Virus record (IMG/VR): IMGVR_UViG_3300009149_000044
Span: 1-52,838 of that record
Strand: one strand, 5' to 3'
Length of the DNA: 52,838 nucleotides
DNA from: a virus
Taxonomy: Duplodnaviria > Caudoviricetes
The position numbers were made by a program, and so were the translations under genes. Positions within the stretch are counted from its first letter, which is position 1, and the number at the start of each line of letters is the position of its first letter. Below the pieces are notes generated by a model. That model saw only the letters and a program-made list of their open reading frames with translations, was not told the DNA's origin and did not search any database. Positions 26,519 to 34,872 of the stretch are shown piece by piece.

Positions 26519-29056
26519 CTATATCTCGTCAGAGAAGAATTCGCCCACCTTGTCCATCTCATACCAGTTGCGTCCGAGCTCTACCTCTACGGAAAGCGGC
26601 ACCGTTACCCAAGAATAGGAGGGGCGCAACATCTCGATCACTATCTCCTCAACTGCGGTGTCAACCAGCTGATCAGGCACGTAGAACCCCATCTCGTCGT
26701 GGACGCTGAGGACGGGCTGCAAGTATATCTTGCCTTCGTTGCACGCCTTCTCTGACAAACGAGCGGTCCCATCATTCAGCACGTCTGAAGCCGTCCCTTG
26801 GATGGGGGTATTGTAGATCATAGTGTCGTCAAGAGGTGCGTGCCTCCGGCGTCCGCTCAGGCACGTGACGTAGCCCTTTTGGGCGTAGCTAACGAGCGTC
26901 GCGTTCTGCCATTTCTTCACGCCCGAGTATTCATCCCAGAACTCCTCATAGAGCGGCTGTAGTTTACGGACCGGAACCTCATGTCGGGCTTGGCTCGATA
27001 GCGCTGCGGCAACCGATTCGAGCACCGATCCATAGAAGATCGGGAAGGTCCAGGCGTTCTTCATCATCGTGCGCATCTTGCGGATGTCTTTGTCGAACGC
27101 TTTGTAGATAAACGGGAAGAGCTTGGCTACCTCCTCGGTCCAATACATGTGGATGTCGAAGCGCTCCCGGAGCGCCTTGAGGAGCGCCGGGTCCTGGCTA
27201 ACCTCCACCATCATCCGATACTCGATCTGGCCATAGTCCGCGCACACAAGAACGTGACCAGGCGGTGCGCAGATCATCCCACGAATCTCTCGATGCTCGC
27301 GCTTAGGGAAGTTCTGAACGTTCGGCTTATCGCTGCTCAAGCGTCCAGTCACCGTAAAGCACTGATTATAGGATGTATGAAGGCGACCGTCAGGGAAAAG
27401 GACTTTGCCGCCTTCCCGGAGCGGAGCTACGTAGGTCGAACGAAGCTTCCCTACAGATCGGTATTTCAGTATCTTCTCGCAGACCTCCCCACCGATCTCC
27501 TTGAGAACCGCCTTGTTCCCGGTGTAGCCTCCCAACTTCTTCCTGCCTGCGTCACAGTGCATCACGTCACGCAGCAACACCACAACCGAGTCGTCAGTGA
27601 CTTTGAAAGGACCGAATTGCTTCTCGTAAGCCTGAACCTCAGGCTGCTCCTTCAGTGCCGCCTTGATCTCCTTCGTCTGCTCGCCCAAGCTCTTGTAAAA
27701 GAACTCGACCCTCTCTTGGTCGACGTAGAGGCCGCGCTGCTGGGCCAAGACGAGCGCAGGCACGCGGCGTAGGTGCTCCTGGTAAACGCCAACCAAGTCG
27801 TTGCGCTCCAAGCGCTCGCGCAGACGCTGGGCCAGCTTGTATTCATACTTGACGTCGAGCGCGTTATACGAGAGGACCTGCGCGAGCCGTGTGCTCGCCA
27901 GCTTCGTCCTGTCCACATCACTGATAGCTTTGAGATGAAAGCCGAAATTCTCCAAGCAGCAGAAATCCAAGCTCATCCCACCCTTGCGCTCGTCTAGGAT
28001 GTAGGCCATCAGCATCGTGTCTGCCCACTGCCCTTTTCGAAGCAGATCATTCCCGAGATAGTGGGCAGTCCACTCGCTCTCGAATGCGAGGTTATGAGCG
28101 ATCTTGACACCTTCATAGTGAGATAAGAACTGACGGACGAGATGATGCACCTCCATCCGCTCTGCATCCGACCAAACCGACTCCGGATGATCTAGCGGAA
28201 AGGCCACTATCCGCTTATCGGTCCCGAATGCCAGCGTCAACAGTAATGAATCGCTGGCGTAGGGTTTGAGGTTACGTGTCTCGAAGTCAAAAGCGACTTC
28301 GGGCTCCTCCATCATCTCGTCAAGGAACGCTTTGACTTGTGAGATATCGTTATCTACGCAGACGACCCCGGTGTGCGCGTCGGCTGGGTCAACGACTTCC
28401 GGTGTTTCATCTGCTAAATCTGGGGAGAAGACGCGGCCAAGGTCGCGGGCGAAGACCTGCTCCAGTTTATTGTCTCTGCTGTGCAGGAGCGCGGCCGGAT
28501 GCATAACCGGGAAGAACCAGCAGACGTGGCCTGCGATGTTGACAGGGACCTTACGGCCACGCCAGACCGTAATGCTGTTCTCGTCCAGTAGCCAGTTAAG
28601 CGGGAAGTTCCCGGCCCCAACAATCGCAACAGGTTGGGTCTCAGCGATATCTGTCATCACCGACACACGGCAAGCCTCTATCTCTTCGCGCTTTGGGTCT
28701 CGGTTGTTTGGCGGGCGGCAGCGGATGCAGTTATTCCAGCGCACCTCTGCCTCCCAGCCTTCAGGGATGTATTTACGCAGCTTCCGACCCGACTCTCCGA
28801 CGAACTGCCGCCCCTTAGCATCTTCTGTTTTCCCTGGTGCCTCACCCAGGATATACACAAGCGGGTCGTGGCTGCCGGACGGCGGCATCTGAGGCGAATT
28901 CACGTCTGCGTCTTTCAGTGGGCAGGCATCGCATTCGTGGTCCCAATAGTAAGCGTAAGGGAACGCTTCTGGCGCCTTCGCCCCCGCCTGCTTGCGGCTG
29001 CTCCCGGAGCGCTGCCGGTTGACTTTCTTCTCCGTGCGCGTCTCGAAGAATCCCAT
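26519..29056 (-). CDS. polA: family A DNA polymerase with N-terminal family-4 uracil-DNA glycosylase domain and 3'-5' exonuclease
   Basis: UDG: CDACPL, GEAPG, CRPPNNRDP, HPAALL; exonuclease: FDFET, YNALD; polymerase: TGRLSS, ADYGQIEYR, VHDE. Confidence 0.92.
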   Translation of the reverse strand: MGFFETRTEKKVNRQRSGSSRKQAGAKAPEAFPYAYYWDHECDACPLKDADVNSPQMPPSGSHDPLVYILGEAPGKTEDAKGRQFVGESGRKLRKYIPEGWEAEVRWNNCIRCRPPNNRDPKREEIEACRVSVMTDIAETQPVAIVGAGNFPLNWLLDENSITVWRGRKVPVNIAGHVCWFFPVMHPAALLHSRDNKLEQVFARDLGRVFSPDLADETPEVVDPADAHTGVVCVDNDISQVKAFLDEMMEEPEVAFDFETRNLKPYASDSLLLTLAFGTDKRIVAFPLDHPESVWSDAERMEVHHLVRQFLSHYEGVKIAHNLAFESEWTAHYLGNDLLRKGQWADTMLMAYILDERKGGMSLDFCCLENFGFHLKAISDVDRTKLASTRLAQVLSYNALDVKYEYKLAQRLRERLERNDLVGVYQEHLRRVPALVLAQQRGLYVDQERVEFFYKSLGEQTKEIKAALKEQPEVQAYEKQFGPFKVTDDSVVVLLRDVMHCDAGRKKLGGYTGNKAVLKEIGGEVCEKILKYRSVGKLRSTYVAPLREGGKVLFPDGRLHTSYNQCFTVTGRLSSDKPNVQNFPKREHREIRGMICAPPGHVLVCADYGQIEYRMMVEVSQDPALLKALRERFDIHMYWTEEVAKLFPFIYKAFDKDIRKMRTMMKNAWTFPIFYGSVLESVAAALSSQARHEVPVRKLQPLYEEFWDEYSGVKKWQNATLVSYAQKGYVTCLSGRRRHAPLDDTMIYNTPIQGTASDVLNDGTARLSEKACNEGKIYLQPVLSVHDEMGFYVPDQLVDTAVEEIVIEMLRPSYSWVTVPLSVEVELGRNWYEMDKVGEFFSDEI

Positions 29057-29057
29057 T

Positions 29058-30113
29058 TTACTCTCCCGGGATAACCGTTGAAATCAGGTGCCTGAACGTT
29101 CCGTCTTCACTCTCGAGAATAAGCGCGGGCTTAGTCACTTTCATCTTTGTCACGAAAGGCAGCGCCCGCAAGATCAGCCGCGGCTCCACTTCCACCACCA
29201 CCTTCTCTTCTTGCGTGAAAGGAATGGAGTCCTCGACCTCACCTACAGCGCCTTTGGTAAAGAGGTGCAGCCGCCCGTCACCTTTAATAGACAAAGTGGA
29301 CGCGGTTTCGTTGCTGGCGGTGAAGACAACCCGTGCACGGTCCAGCGCCTTCGTCAGTCTGTTCTGTGAAACAACCTGGAGATCGTCACAATCGTGCGCC
29401 AGCAGGACTGTAGCAAACATCTCCGGATTAGCGCCTGCGATCGTCCTAGCGAACAGCCTCAAACCATCTGCAAACACCACCTGCATCGACTCGTCTGACA
29501 GCAGGACGCGCTCACAGCTTGAAACTATACCGCTAAGCACCGCACAGAAGGACGCTTGCAGAATCACCGCGACACCATCCAGCCCTTCTGGGATCTTCTG
29601 GTCAAGGACGACGGTTGCGACTGAGACATTATCGCTGGAGTAGAGCACCAAGCAGTCCTTACGGAGCTCCCACGTAACCCCGAAACGTGCCGTGGCGGAC
29701 GGGTCCACACCAACTGAGGTCAGCGCTTGTTTCAGCGCGAGGGGAAGCTGCTTGGTGACTGGGAGCGGAATGTAGTCATCTTCTCCCGGCATCGTGAACG
29801 TGAACTCAGCGAGAGGCCTCAACGGCAATCGCAGTTTGGCGCGGCCCAGCTTGAATACGACCTCAGTATTGCTGGTCTGCTCCACGTGGACGTCGCGAGC
29901 ATTCGACGCCCGCAGAAAGCGTAGCAGCGCCGTCCCGCGGACACCGCCCTGGATATCCAGATCGCAGGGTGCTTGCATACCGATCTGGTCGTTATACGCC
30001 AAGACGGTCTTTCCATCAAACCTGAAGTCAGCGAAAGCTGGGATGAACTCGGGATTCCCCAGAGCGGGGTCAAACGTCGCCAGAAGGTCGAGCATCTCCT
30101 TGCGTAGCATCAA
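29058..30113 (-). CDS. dnaN: sliding clamp (DnaN beta-like)
   Basis: 351 aa with a three-domain clamp-like pattern; adjacent to polymerase and clamp loader. Confidence 0.7.
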   Translation of the reverse strand: MMLRKEMLDLLATFDPALGNPEFIPAFADFRFDGKTVLAYNDQIGMQAPCDLDIQGGVRGTALLRFLRASNARDVHVEQTSNTEVVFKLGRAKLRLPLRPLAEFTFTMPGEDDYIPLPVTKQLPLALKQALTSVGVDPSATARFGVTWELRKDCLVLYSSDNVSVATVVLDQKIPEGLDGVAVILQASFCAVLSGIVSSCERVLLSDESMQVVFADGLRLFARTIAGANPEMFATVLLAHDCDDLQVVSQNRLTKALDRARVVFTASNETASTLSIKGDGRLHLFTKGAVGEVEDSIPFTQEEKVVVEVEPRLILRALPFVTKMKVTKPALILESEDGTFRHLISTVIPGE

Positions 30114-30288
30114 TTGATCCTTTCGGTTGGTAATCGCGCAGTTGGCCCTCGGTCACGAATTTCTCAAGGCTCAGATCGTGACCGTCGTTGATGAGCGCGT
30201 GGTAGGAAAGCAGCCGGTTCCGCACGCCCTCGATGTTCAGTGCTTCACTATGCTGCGGGGTGGTATTGACTGCGAAGAAGATCTTCAT
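30070..30288 (-). CDS. small protein resembling the N-terminal beta1-beta2 segment of phage DpdA/TGT-like barrels
   Basis: MKIFFA...NRLLSY; ATGA overlap with the dpdA stop. Confidence 0.5.
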   Translation of the reverse strand: MKIFFAVNTTPQHSEALNIEGVRNRLLSYHALINDGHDLSLEKFVTEGQLRDYQPKGSIDATQGDARPSGDV

Positions 30289-31112
30289 GTGAAGAAGCCC
30301 CCGTTCTTGGCGACACGGAACGGCCGCGGCTTATACGTCTTCTCGACGTGGAGGAAGAACCGACAGGCCAGCCGCTGTCGCTCATAAGGTGAGGTTCGTA
30401 GAACATCGAGGCTGAACCCCTCATGCTCGAAGTAGCGGAGAATATACTCTTGCTGCTGTGCACCGATCAGGTCGATATGCCGAGATCGCTTCAGCTCAGT
30501 CAACGGCGGGCGGTCACTGACTGCCACGCACTCCGGTGACCGCGTGAAATCATATCCATCCTTGCCCCAGGCCGGGACCAGCGCGTAACCATACCCGCCA
30601 TATCTGACCCACGACATCGAATCAACCGAATACCACGGGTATCGAAACAGCAGCGATACTGTCGTCACTCCGAACCCGTGCGTCTTGATGCAAGGGTAAC
30701 CGTCATTCTCTTTGCACAGGAACGTGAAAACGTCGTCCAGCCAAACTGCACGCTGGGCTGGCGTCTTGTCGTTTGCTGGTGAGATCCCGATGTAGTCGTG
30801 GCCGGTAGCAATCATCTTCTCCAGCCAAGACAGCCGCTCCCCTTGGTGGTAAACGGGCATCGGCTTGAGGCCTCTTGCCTCCATATGCAGCAGGTTTTTC
30901 CAACCTTCCGCTGCCGCCAACTCGACCTGATCAGGCGAAGGCTTCTGGAAGGGCTTACCTGGGATCACGTCCAGGTTCACGTAGGCGAAGAGGAGGTGCT
31001 CACGGGCTTTGACATATTCGCAGTAAGCGTCTATGTCGATCTGGCCTCCCCGGTTCCACGCGGAGAACGCACCGCTGTCGAGGATGAGGTCAACTTTGCG
31101 CTGCATTGTCAA
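30285..31112 (-). CDS. dpdA: DpdA-like 7-deazaguanine DNA transglycosylase (TGT fold)
   Basis: LILDSGAFS, NLDVIP, MPVYH, THGFG and YSVDSMSW motifs; embedded in the que gene cluster. Confidence 0.8.
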   Translation of the reverse strand: MTMQRKVDLILDSGAFSAWNRGGQIDIDAYCEYVKAREHLLFAYVNLDVIPGKPFQKPSPDQVELAAAEGWKNLLHMEARGLKPMPVYHQGERLSWLEKMIATGHDYIGISPANDKTPAQRAVWLDDVFTFLCKENDGYPCIKTHGFGVTTVSLLFRYPWYSVDSMSWVRYGGYGYALVPAWGKDGYDFTRSPECVAVSDRPPLTELKRSRHIDLIGAQQQEYILRYFEHEGFSLDVLRTSPYERQRLACRFFLHVEKTYKPRPFRVAKNGGFFT

Positions 31113-31554
31113 AGCCTTCCTCAGTGCAGTAGAACGCCTGCGGTGTGATCGAAATACCGCCCCTGGGGAAGAACTCGCCCCGCACCTCCATCATCTGCGG
31201 ATCCAGAAGCGCAACAAGGTCGCTCAAGATCCGATGAATGCAGGCTTCGTGGAACTCACCGTGGTTCCGGAAGCCCATCAGGTAGAGCTTCAGCGACTTG
31301 CTCTCGACACACCAGTTATGTGGGAGGTAGTCAATGAAGATCTTGGCGAAGTCGGGCTGGCCCGTTACCGGGCACAAACTCGTGAACTCAGGCGCTTCAA
31401 TATGGATGACCATATTGCTCGTAGGGACACCATGTCCTTCTGTAGACTTATGCGGGTTCTTGAAGCGCTCGAGAACCTGACTGTCAGGGCGGTCGAATTG
31501 ATACAGCTTACGGTTGGAGGCGCTCTGCCCGAGTGCCTTGAGGTCATTTTCCAT
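31090..31554 (-). CDS. queF: preQ0 reductase (unimodular QueF)
   Basis: EFTSLCPVTGQPDFA, QueF motif ESKSLKLYL, FHE, RGGI. Confidence 0.92.
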   Translation of the reverse strand: MENDLKALGQSASNRKLYQFDRPDSQVLERFKNPHKSTEGHGVPTSNMVIHIEAPEFTSLCPVTGQPDFAKIFIDYLPHNWCVESKSLKLYLMGFRNHGEFHEACIHRILSDLVALLDPQMMEVRGEFFPRGGISITPQAFYCTEEGFDNAAQS

Positions 31555-31564
31555 CGGGGCTCCT

Positions 31565-32464
31565 TCAGCGGGTCAGTGAGAGAAACTCCTCTCGGGTGCG
31601 GGGATCATCACGCATGTCGCCCAACAGGGCTGACGTCGTGGTGGACGTTCCGGCAGTCCGGACACCGCGGCTCTCCATACAAAGATGCCGGCACTTCAGC
31701 ACAACACCGACGCCGACTGGAGTGAGCTCCTCGAAAAGCGTCGTGGCTATCTGCGTTGTCAGGCGCTCCTGAACTTGGAGGCGCCGTGCGAATACGTCGA
31801 CAAGGCGGCTCAGCTTGGACAAGCCAACGATCCTCCCTTGTGGGATATACCCAATATGGGCCACGCCGAAGAAAGGCGCACAATGGTGCTCACAATGGCT
31901 CCAAACGGGTATATCACGCTGGACTATCATCTGGTCGTAGCCCTCACCGCCGTCCTCGAAGACCTTGAAGATTTCCCGCGGGTCTTGGCTGTAACCGCTG
32001 GTCCAGAATTGCCACGCCTTCAAGAAGCGCGCTGGTGTCTCGAGCAAACCTTCCCGCCGGGGGTCTTCCCCAACGAACTCCAGCAGCCGAACAGGGATGT
32101 CTTCTGCTGAGCCATCACGGTCTGAGCGCTCCCAAGGGAAGCTCACCCAGGGATCACCCGGTTGCTTCTCAACCAGCGCGTAGAACGGGCGCTCGGTGTT
32201 GAAGGATGTATCCAGCCAGAAATCGCGAGTCCGGCCGGAATCGATGATGTCGTCGATGATAAAGCTGGCGGTGGCGGCGTCATCGACTACACGACACCCT
32301 GGGCCCAGGTGGTGGGCCACAGCATACGCTGCAGGAATCCCACCCCTGGGCACCCCGAACAGATTGCAGCTGGTGAACGGCATTATCTGATCAGCCCGGA
32401 TGCGCTGTGCAACGCTCTGCGCCAGCTGGTCAACATCAGCCAACGTCAGGTGACGCATCGTCAT
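31565..32464 (-). CDS. folE: phosphoribosyltransferase-GTP cyclohydrolase I fusion
   Basis: N-terminus GVPRGG, IIDDIIDSGRT, WVSFPWE (Gpt-like PRTase); C-terminus REGLLETPAR, CEHH, GLSKLSR, RRLQVQERLT, HLCMESRG. Confidence 0.92.
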   Translation of the reverse strand: MTMRHLTLADVDQLAQSVAQRIRADQIMPFTSCNLFGVPRGGIPAAYAVAHHLGPGCRVVDDAATASFIIDDIIDSGRTRDFWLDTSFNTERPFYALVEKQPGDPWVSFPWERSDRDGSAEDIPVRLLEFVGEDPRREGLLETPARFLKAWQFWTSGYSQDPREIFKVFEDGGEGYDQMIVQRDIPVWSHCEHHCAPFFGVAHIGYIPQGRIVGLSKLSRLVDVFARRLQVQERLTTQIATTLFEELTPVGVGVVLKCRHLCMESRGVRTAGTSTTTSALLGDMRDDPRTREEFLSLTR

Positions 32465-33228
32465 CAGTTACCTCCCTCTTCGCCAGCTGCGGCTGCGGCT
32501 TCAGCTTCGACCGGCTTCCGGGCCAGATCGTTCACGCGGGTGATCAACGGATCCTTGACGCCAGCTTCACTGAAGCCCCGCGCACGGATCAGGCATGCGT
32601 GGCACTGGCCGCATGGCGGGAAGACACCTTGGTAGCAGGTGTGGGAAAATGCGAGACCCGCCATACAGCCAGGCAGGTCCTGTGCCACCCGCACCGTCTG
32701 CGCTTTGGTGAGTTTGAGCAGTGGCGCTACGATGTCGATCGCCTCAACAGTGTCACCAAGACCGAGGTTAAGCGCCTTCTGCATCTGGCGCAGGAACATA
32801 TCGCGGCAGTCCGGATAACCACCGAAGTCGGCCTGGCTAACACCGATCACCACATAGTGGTAACCACGGGACGCTGCGCGGTTCGCTGCGATTGACAAGA
32901 ACAGCGCGTTCCTGCCGAGCACGAATGTTGGTTCCGGTTCGCGCTCCTTCGGGAGGTGATGATAGTTCTCGTAAACGGGAACCGCCTCGGCGCTATTTAC
33001 CAGTGGACTGGTGCCTTCGAATACATTACCCAGCTGAATGACCTCACGCTCGACACCGACTGCCTCTGCGATCTGCTGTCCGCAAGCCAGTTCGATCGCG
33101 TGTCGCTGCCCGTAGTCAAATGACAGCGCCAGGATCTTCTCTTTGGGGAAGCGCTCCAGCGCCCAGTAGAGGCACGTGGTCGAATCCTGACCACCCGAAA
33201 AGATTACGACTGCTCCATCTTCATCCAT
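32464..33228 (-). CDS. queC: 7-cyano-7-deazaguanine synthase
   Basis: FSGGQDSTT, FDYGQRH, YPDCR, TCY...CGQCHAC..R. Confidence 0.95.
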   Translation of the reverse strand: MDEDGAVVIFSGGQDSTTCLYWALERFPKEKILALSFDYGQRHAIELACGQQIAEAVGVEREVIQLGNVFEGTSPLVNSAEAVPVYENYHHLPKEREPEPTFVLGRNALFLSIAANRAASRGYHYVVIGVSQADFGGYPDCRDMFLRQMQKALNLGLGDTVEAIDIVAPLLKLTKAQTVRVAQDLPGCMAGLAFSHTCYQGVFPPCGQCHACLIRARGFSEAGVKDPLITRVNDLARKPVEAEAAAAAGEEGGN

Positions 33229-33265
33229 TCCAGATCTCCTTGGTTGCAACAGACTGAAAAGCATA

Positions 33266-33313
33266 AGGGTCAGGGGCACGTCCTTTTGCCTCCCGACCCT
33301 TAAACTATATCAC
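33266..33313 (-). promoter_or_regulatory. GTGATATAGTT motif followed immediately by a leader hairpin upstream of queC
   Basis: Minus strand: GTGATATAGTTT-AAGGGTCGGGAGGCA-AAAGGACG-TGCCCCTGACCCTT. Confidence 0.55.
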
Positions 33314-33327
33314 GGCACTCATCGACC

Positions 33328-33849
33328 TCAGCCTTTGAGGCGCTTGATGACCTCCAGGGTTGTTCTCGTGTCGTAGAACATTGTCTCGAACGTGCTGGTG
33401 GCCAGGCTGAAACCCTCACCGAGCAGCGTATCGAAGACCTTCTGCTTGTCCCAGTCTTCGTGCAGCACCATCAGCTCCTTGAGGCGGACGGTGGAACCTT
33501 TCTTTTTCTTCGGCGCCGTCTTGGCAGTCTTCTTCGGTTCGACCTTGGGCTCGTCGGGGACTGTTGCAGCCTCCGCGGGTGCCTCCGGCTCGACATCCGG
33601 TTCCGCCGCTGCGGCTTTGGTTTTCGGCTTGCCGGCCTTCGGGAAGTCGAGAATATCGACCTTATCCTCCAGCGCCTGGACCGCATCATTGCTCCACTGC
33701 TGCGCAGCTTCGCTCAGTGCCGCCCACTCCTCTTCAGGCAGCTCGTTCACCGCTCTGAGAACCTTCGCCAAGAAGACTTGCTTCTTCTCGCCGACCTTCT
33801 TCTTCACACCCGTCTTCGCCAGGATTTCTTCAGCTACCGTCGCCATCAT
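33328..33849 (-). CDS. hypothetical Lys/Glu/Ala-rich protein within the que cluster
   Basis: GAGGAG RBS; start/stop overlap with queD. Confidence 0.6.
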   Translation of the reverse strand: MMATVAEEILAKTGVKKKVGEKKQVFLAKVLRAVNELPEEEWAALSEAAQQWSNDAVQALEDKVDILDFPKAGKPKTKAAAAEPDVEPEAPAEAATVPDEPKVEPKKTAKTAPKKKKGSTVRLKELMVLHEDWDKQKVFDTLLGEGFSLATSTFETMFYDTRTTLEVIKRLKG

Positions 33850-34274
33850 TCATCTCCTCTTTTCTCAGCGAAGCTCGTCGGGGTCTCCCAGACCCTCACA
33901 CTAGCGAGCTTCATACCATCGAACGTGCAGCCGTCCTGCATACGTGCAAGAAGCTGCGAAAAGAACAATTCGGCCATCGCCTCAGCGGTTGGATTCGTGT
34001 CCATCTGGATCACCCGCTGTCCCGCTGCAACAAGGAGGGGCACAAGCGGGTCGCGCCTATAAAGGACTGTAACGTGATCCCACATCTCCACCTCATCTCG
34101 CAGCGCTGCTTTCAGGTCACCAAAATCGACGAGCATCGCCTCCGGTCCCCACGGAACTTTGCCGCTGACTGTCGCTTCGATCTTGTAGCGGTGGCCGTGC
34201 AGGAATTGACACTTCCCTGGGTAATCCAACAACCTGTGCGCTGCGTCAAATTCGATCATCGTCGTGACGTTCAT
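33846..34274 (-). CDS. queD: 6-carboxytetrahydropterin synthase
   Basis: FDAAHRL..YPGKCQFLHGH, VDFGDLK, NPTAE, VWET. Confidence 0.93.
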   Translation of the reverse strand: MNVTTMIEFDAAHRLLDYPGKCQFLHGHRYKIEATVSGKVPWGPEAMLVDFGDLKAALRDEVEMWDHVTVLYRRDPLVPLLVAAGQRVIQMDTNPTAEAMAELFFSQLLARMQDGCTFDGMKLASVRVWETPTSFAEKRGDE

Positions 34275-34816
34275 CTTCTCTCCCCGTGCACCCAATTGAG
34301 AACCTTCCCGACCATATCCACCTCTGCTGGGTCTACACCGACCAGACGGCAAAGGCGTTCATTGTTGGTCTCACGTGTGCCGTTCGCGTGCCTAAAGTGC
34401 GGCTGGGGCTTCGTCGCTTCCAGCCCTGCGTTGATCCCGAGCGCCTCCAGCAGCGCTGTGATCTCTGTCGGCGCCGAGTCCAGGAGCAGTCGGGTCTCCA
34501 ACTCATCTATATCGTCGGTGAGTTCGATCTGCTGTTCGACCTCGGTGTGCACCTCTGCGCGCCGGGTCCGCTGGTTCGCCAGCTCGTAGAAATGATTCCG
34601 CAGACACGTCTTGAACAACGACATGAAATGCTTTGGTTCAACGACAGTCGAATACCGGTCCGTGCACTTCAGGAAGTAGAAATAGGCGTCTTGGAGCAGA
34701 TCATCGAACTCGTGCTCCAGCCCCAGCTTCCAGACGTTGCGGCTGATGTAGTTGACTGCCCAACCTTCGATCTCGCCCTTGAACTGTGGTCTGAATTTCA
34801 GCTTAGCGCGATTCAT
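34271..34816 (-). CDS. sigma-70 region-2-like transcription factor
   Basis: EFDDLLQDAYFYFLKCTDRY...HFMSLFKTCLRNHFYEL resembles sigma region 2. Confidence 0.6.
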   Translation of the reverse strand: MNRAKLKFRPQFKGEIEGWAVNYISRNVWKLGLEHEFDDLLQDAYFYFLKCTDRYSTVVEPKHFMSLFKTCLRNHFYELANQRTRRAEVHTEVEQQIELTDDIDELETRLLLDSAPTEITALLEALGINAGLEATKPQPHFRHANGTRETNNERLCRLVGVDPAEVDMVGKVLNWVHGERR

Positions 34817-34837
34817 TCCTAAACCTCAGTGTGATGA

Positions 34838-34859
34838 AGGGGCGGGATGGCCCGCCCCT
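34838..34859 (-). terminator. GC hairpin after the DUF932 gene (possible terminator; weak U-tract)
   Basis: AGGGGCGGG-ATGG-CCCGCCCCT. Confidence 0.45.
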
Positions 34860-34872
34860 ATTTCCCTCAGAG

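Noticed and set aside
30285-31112. tRNA-guanine transglycosylase for queuosine tRNA modification
   Set aside because: It lacks the length and zinc-binding motif of bacterial Tgt, no tRNA or queA/queG genes are present, and its position beside replication genes fits DpdA.
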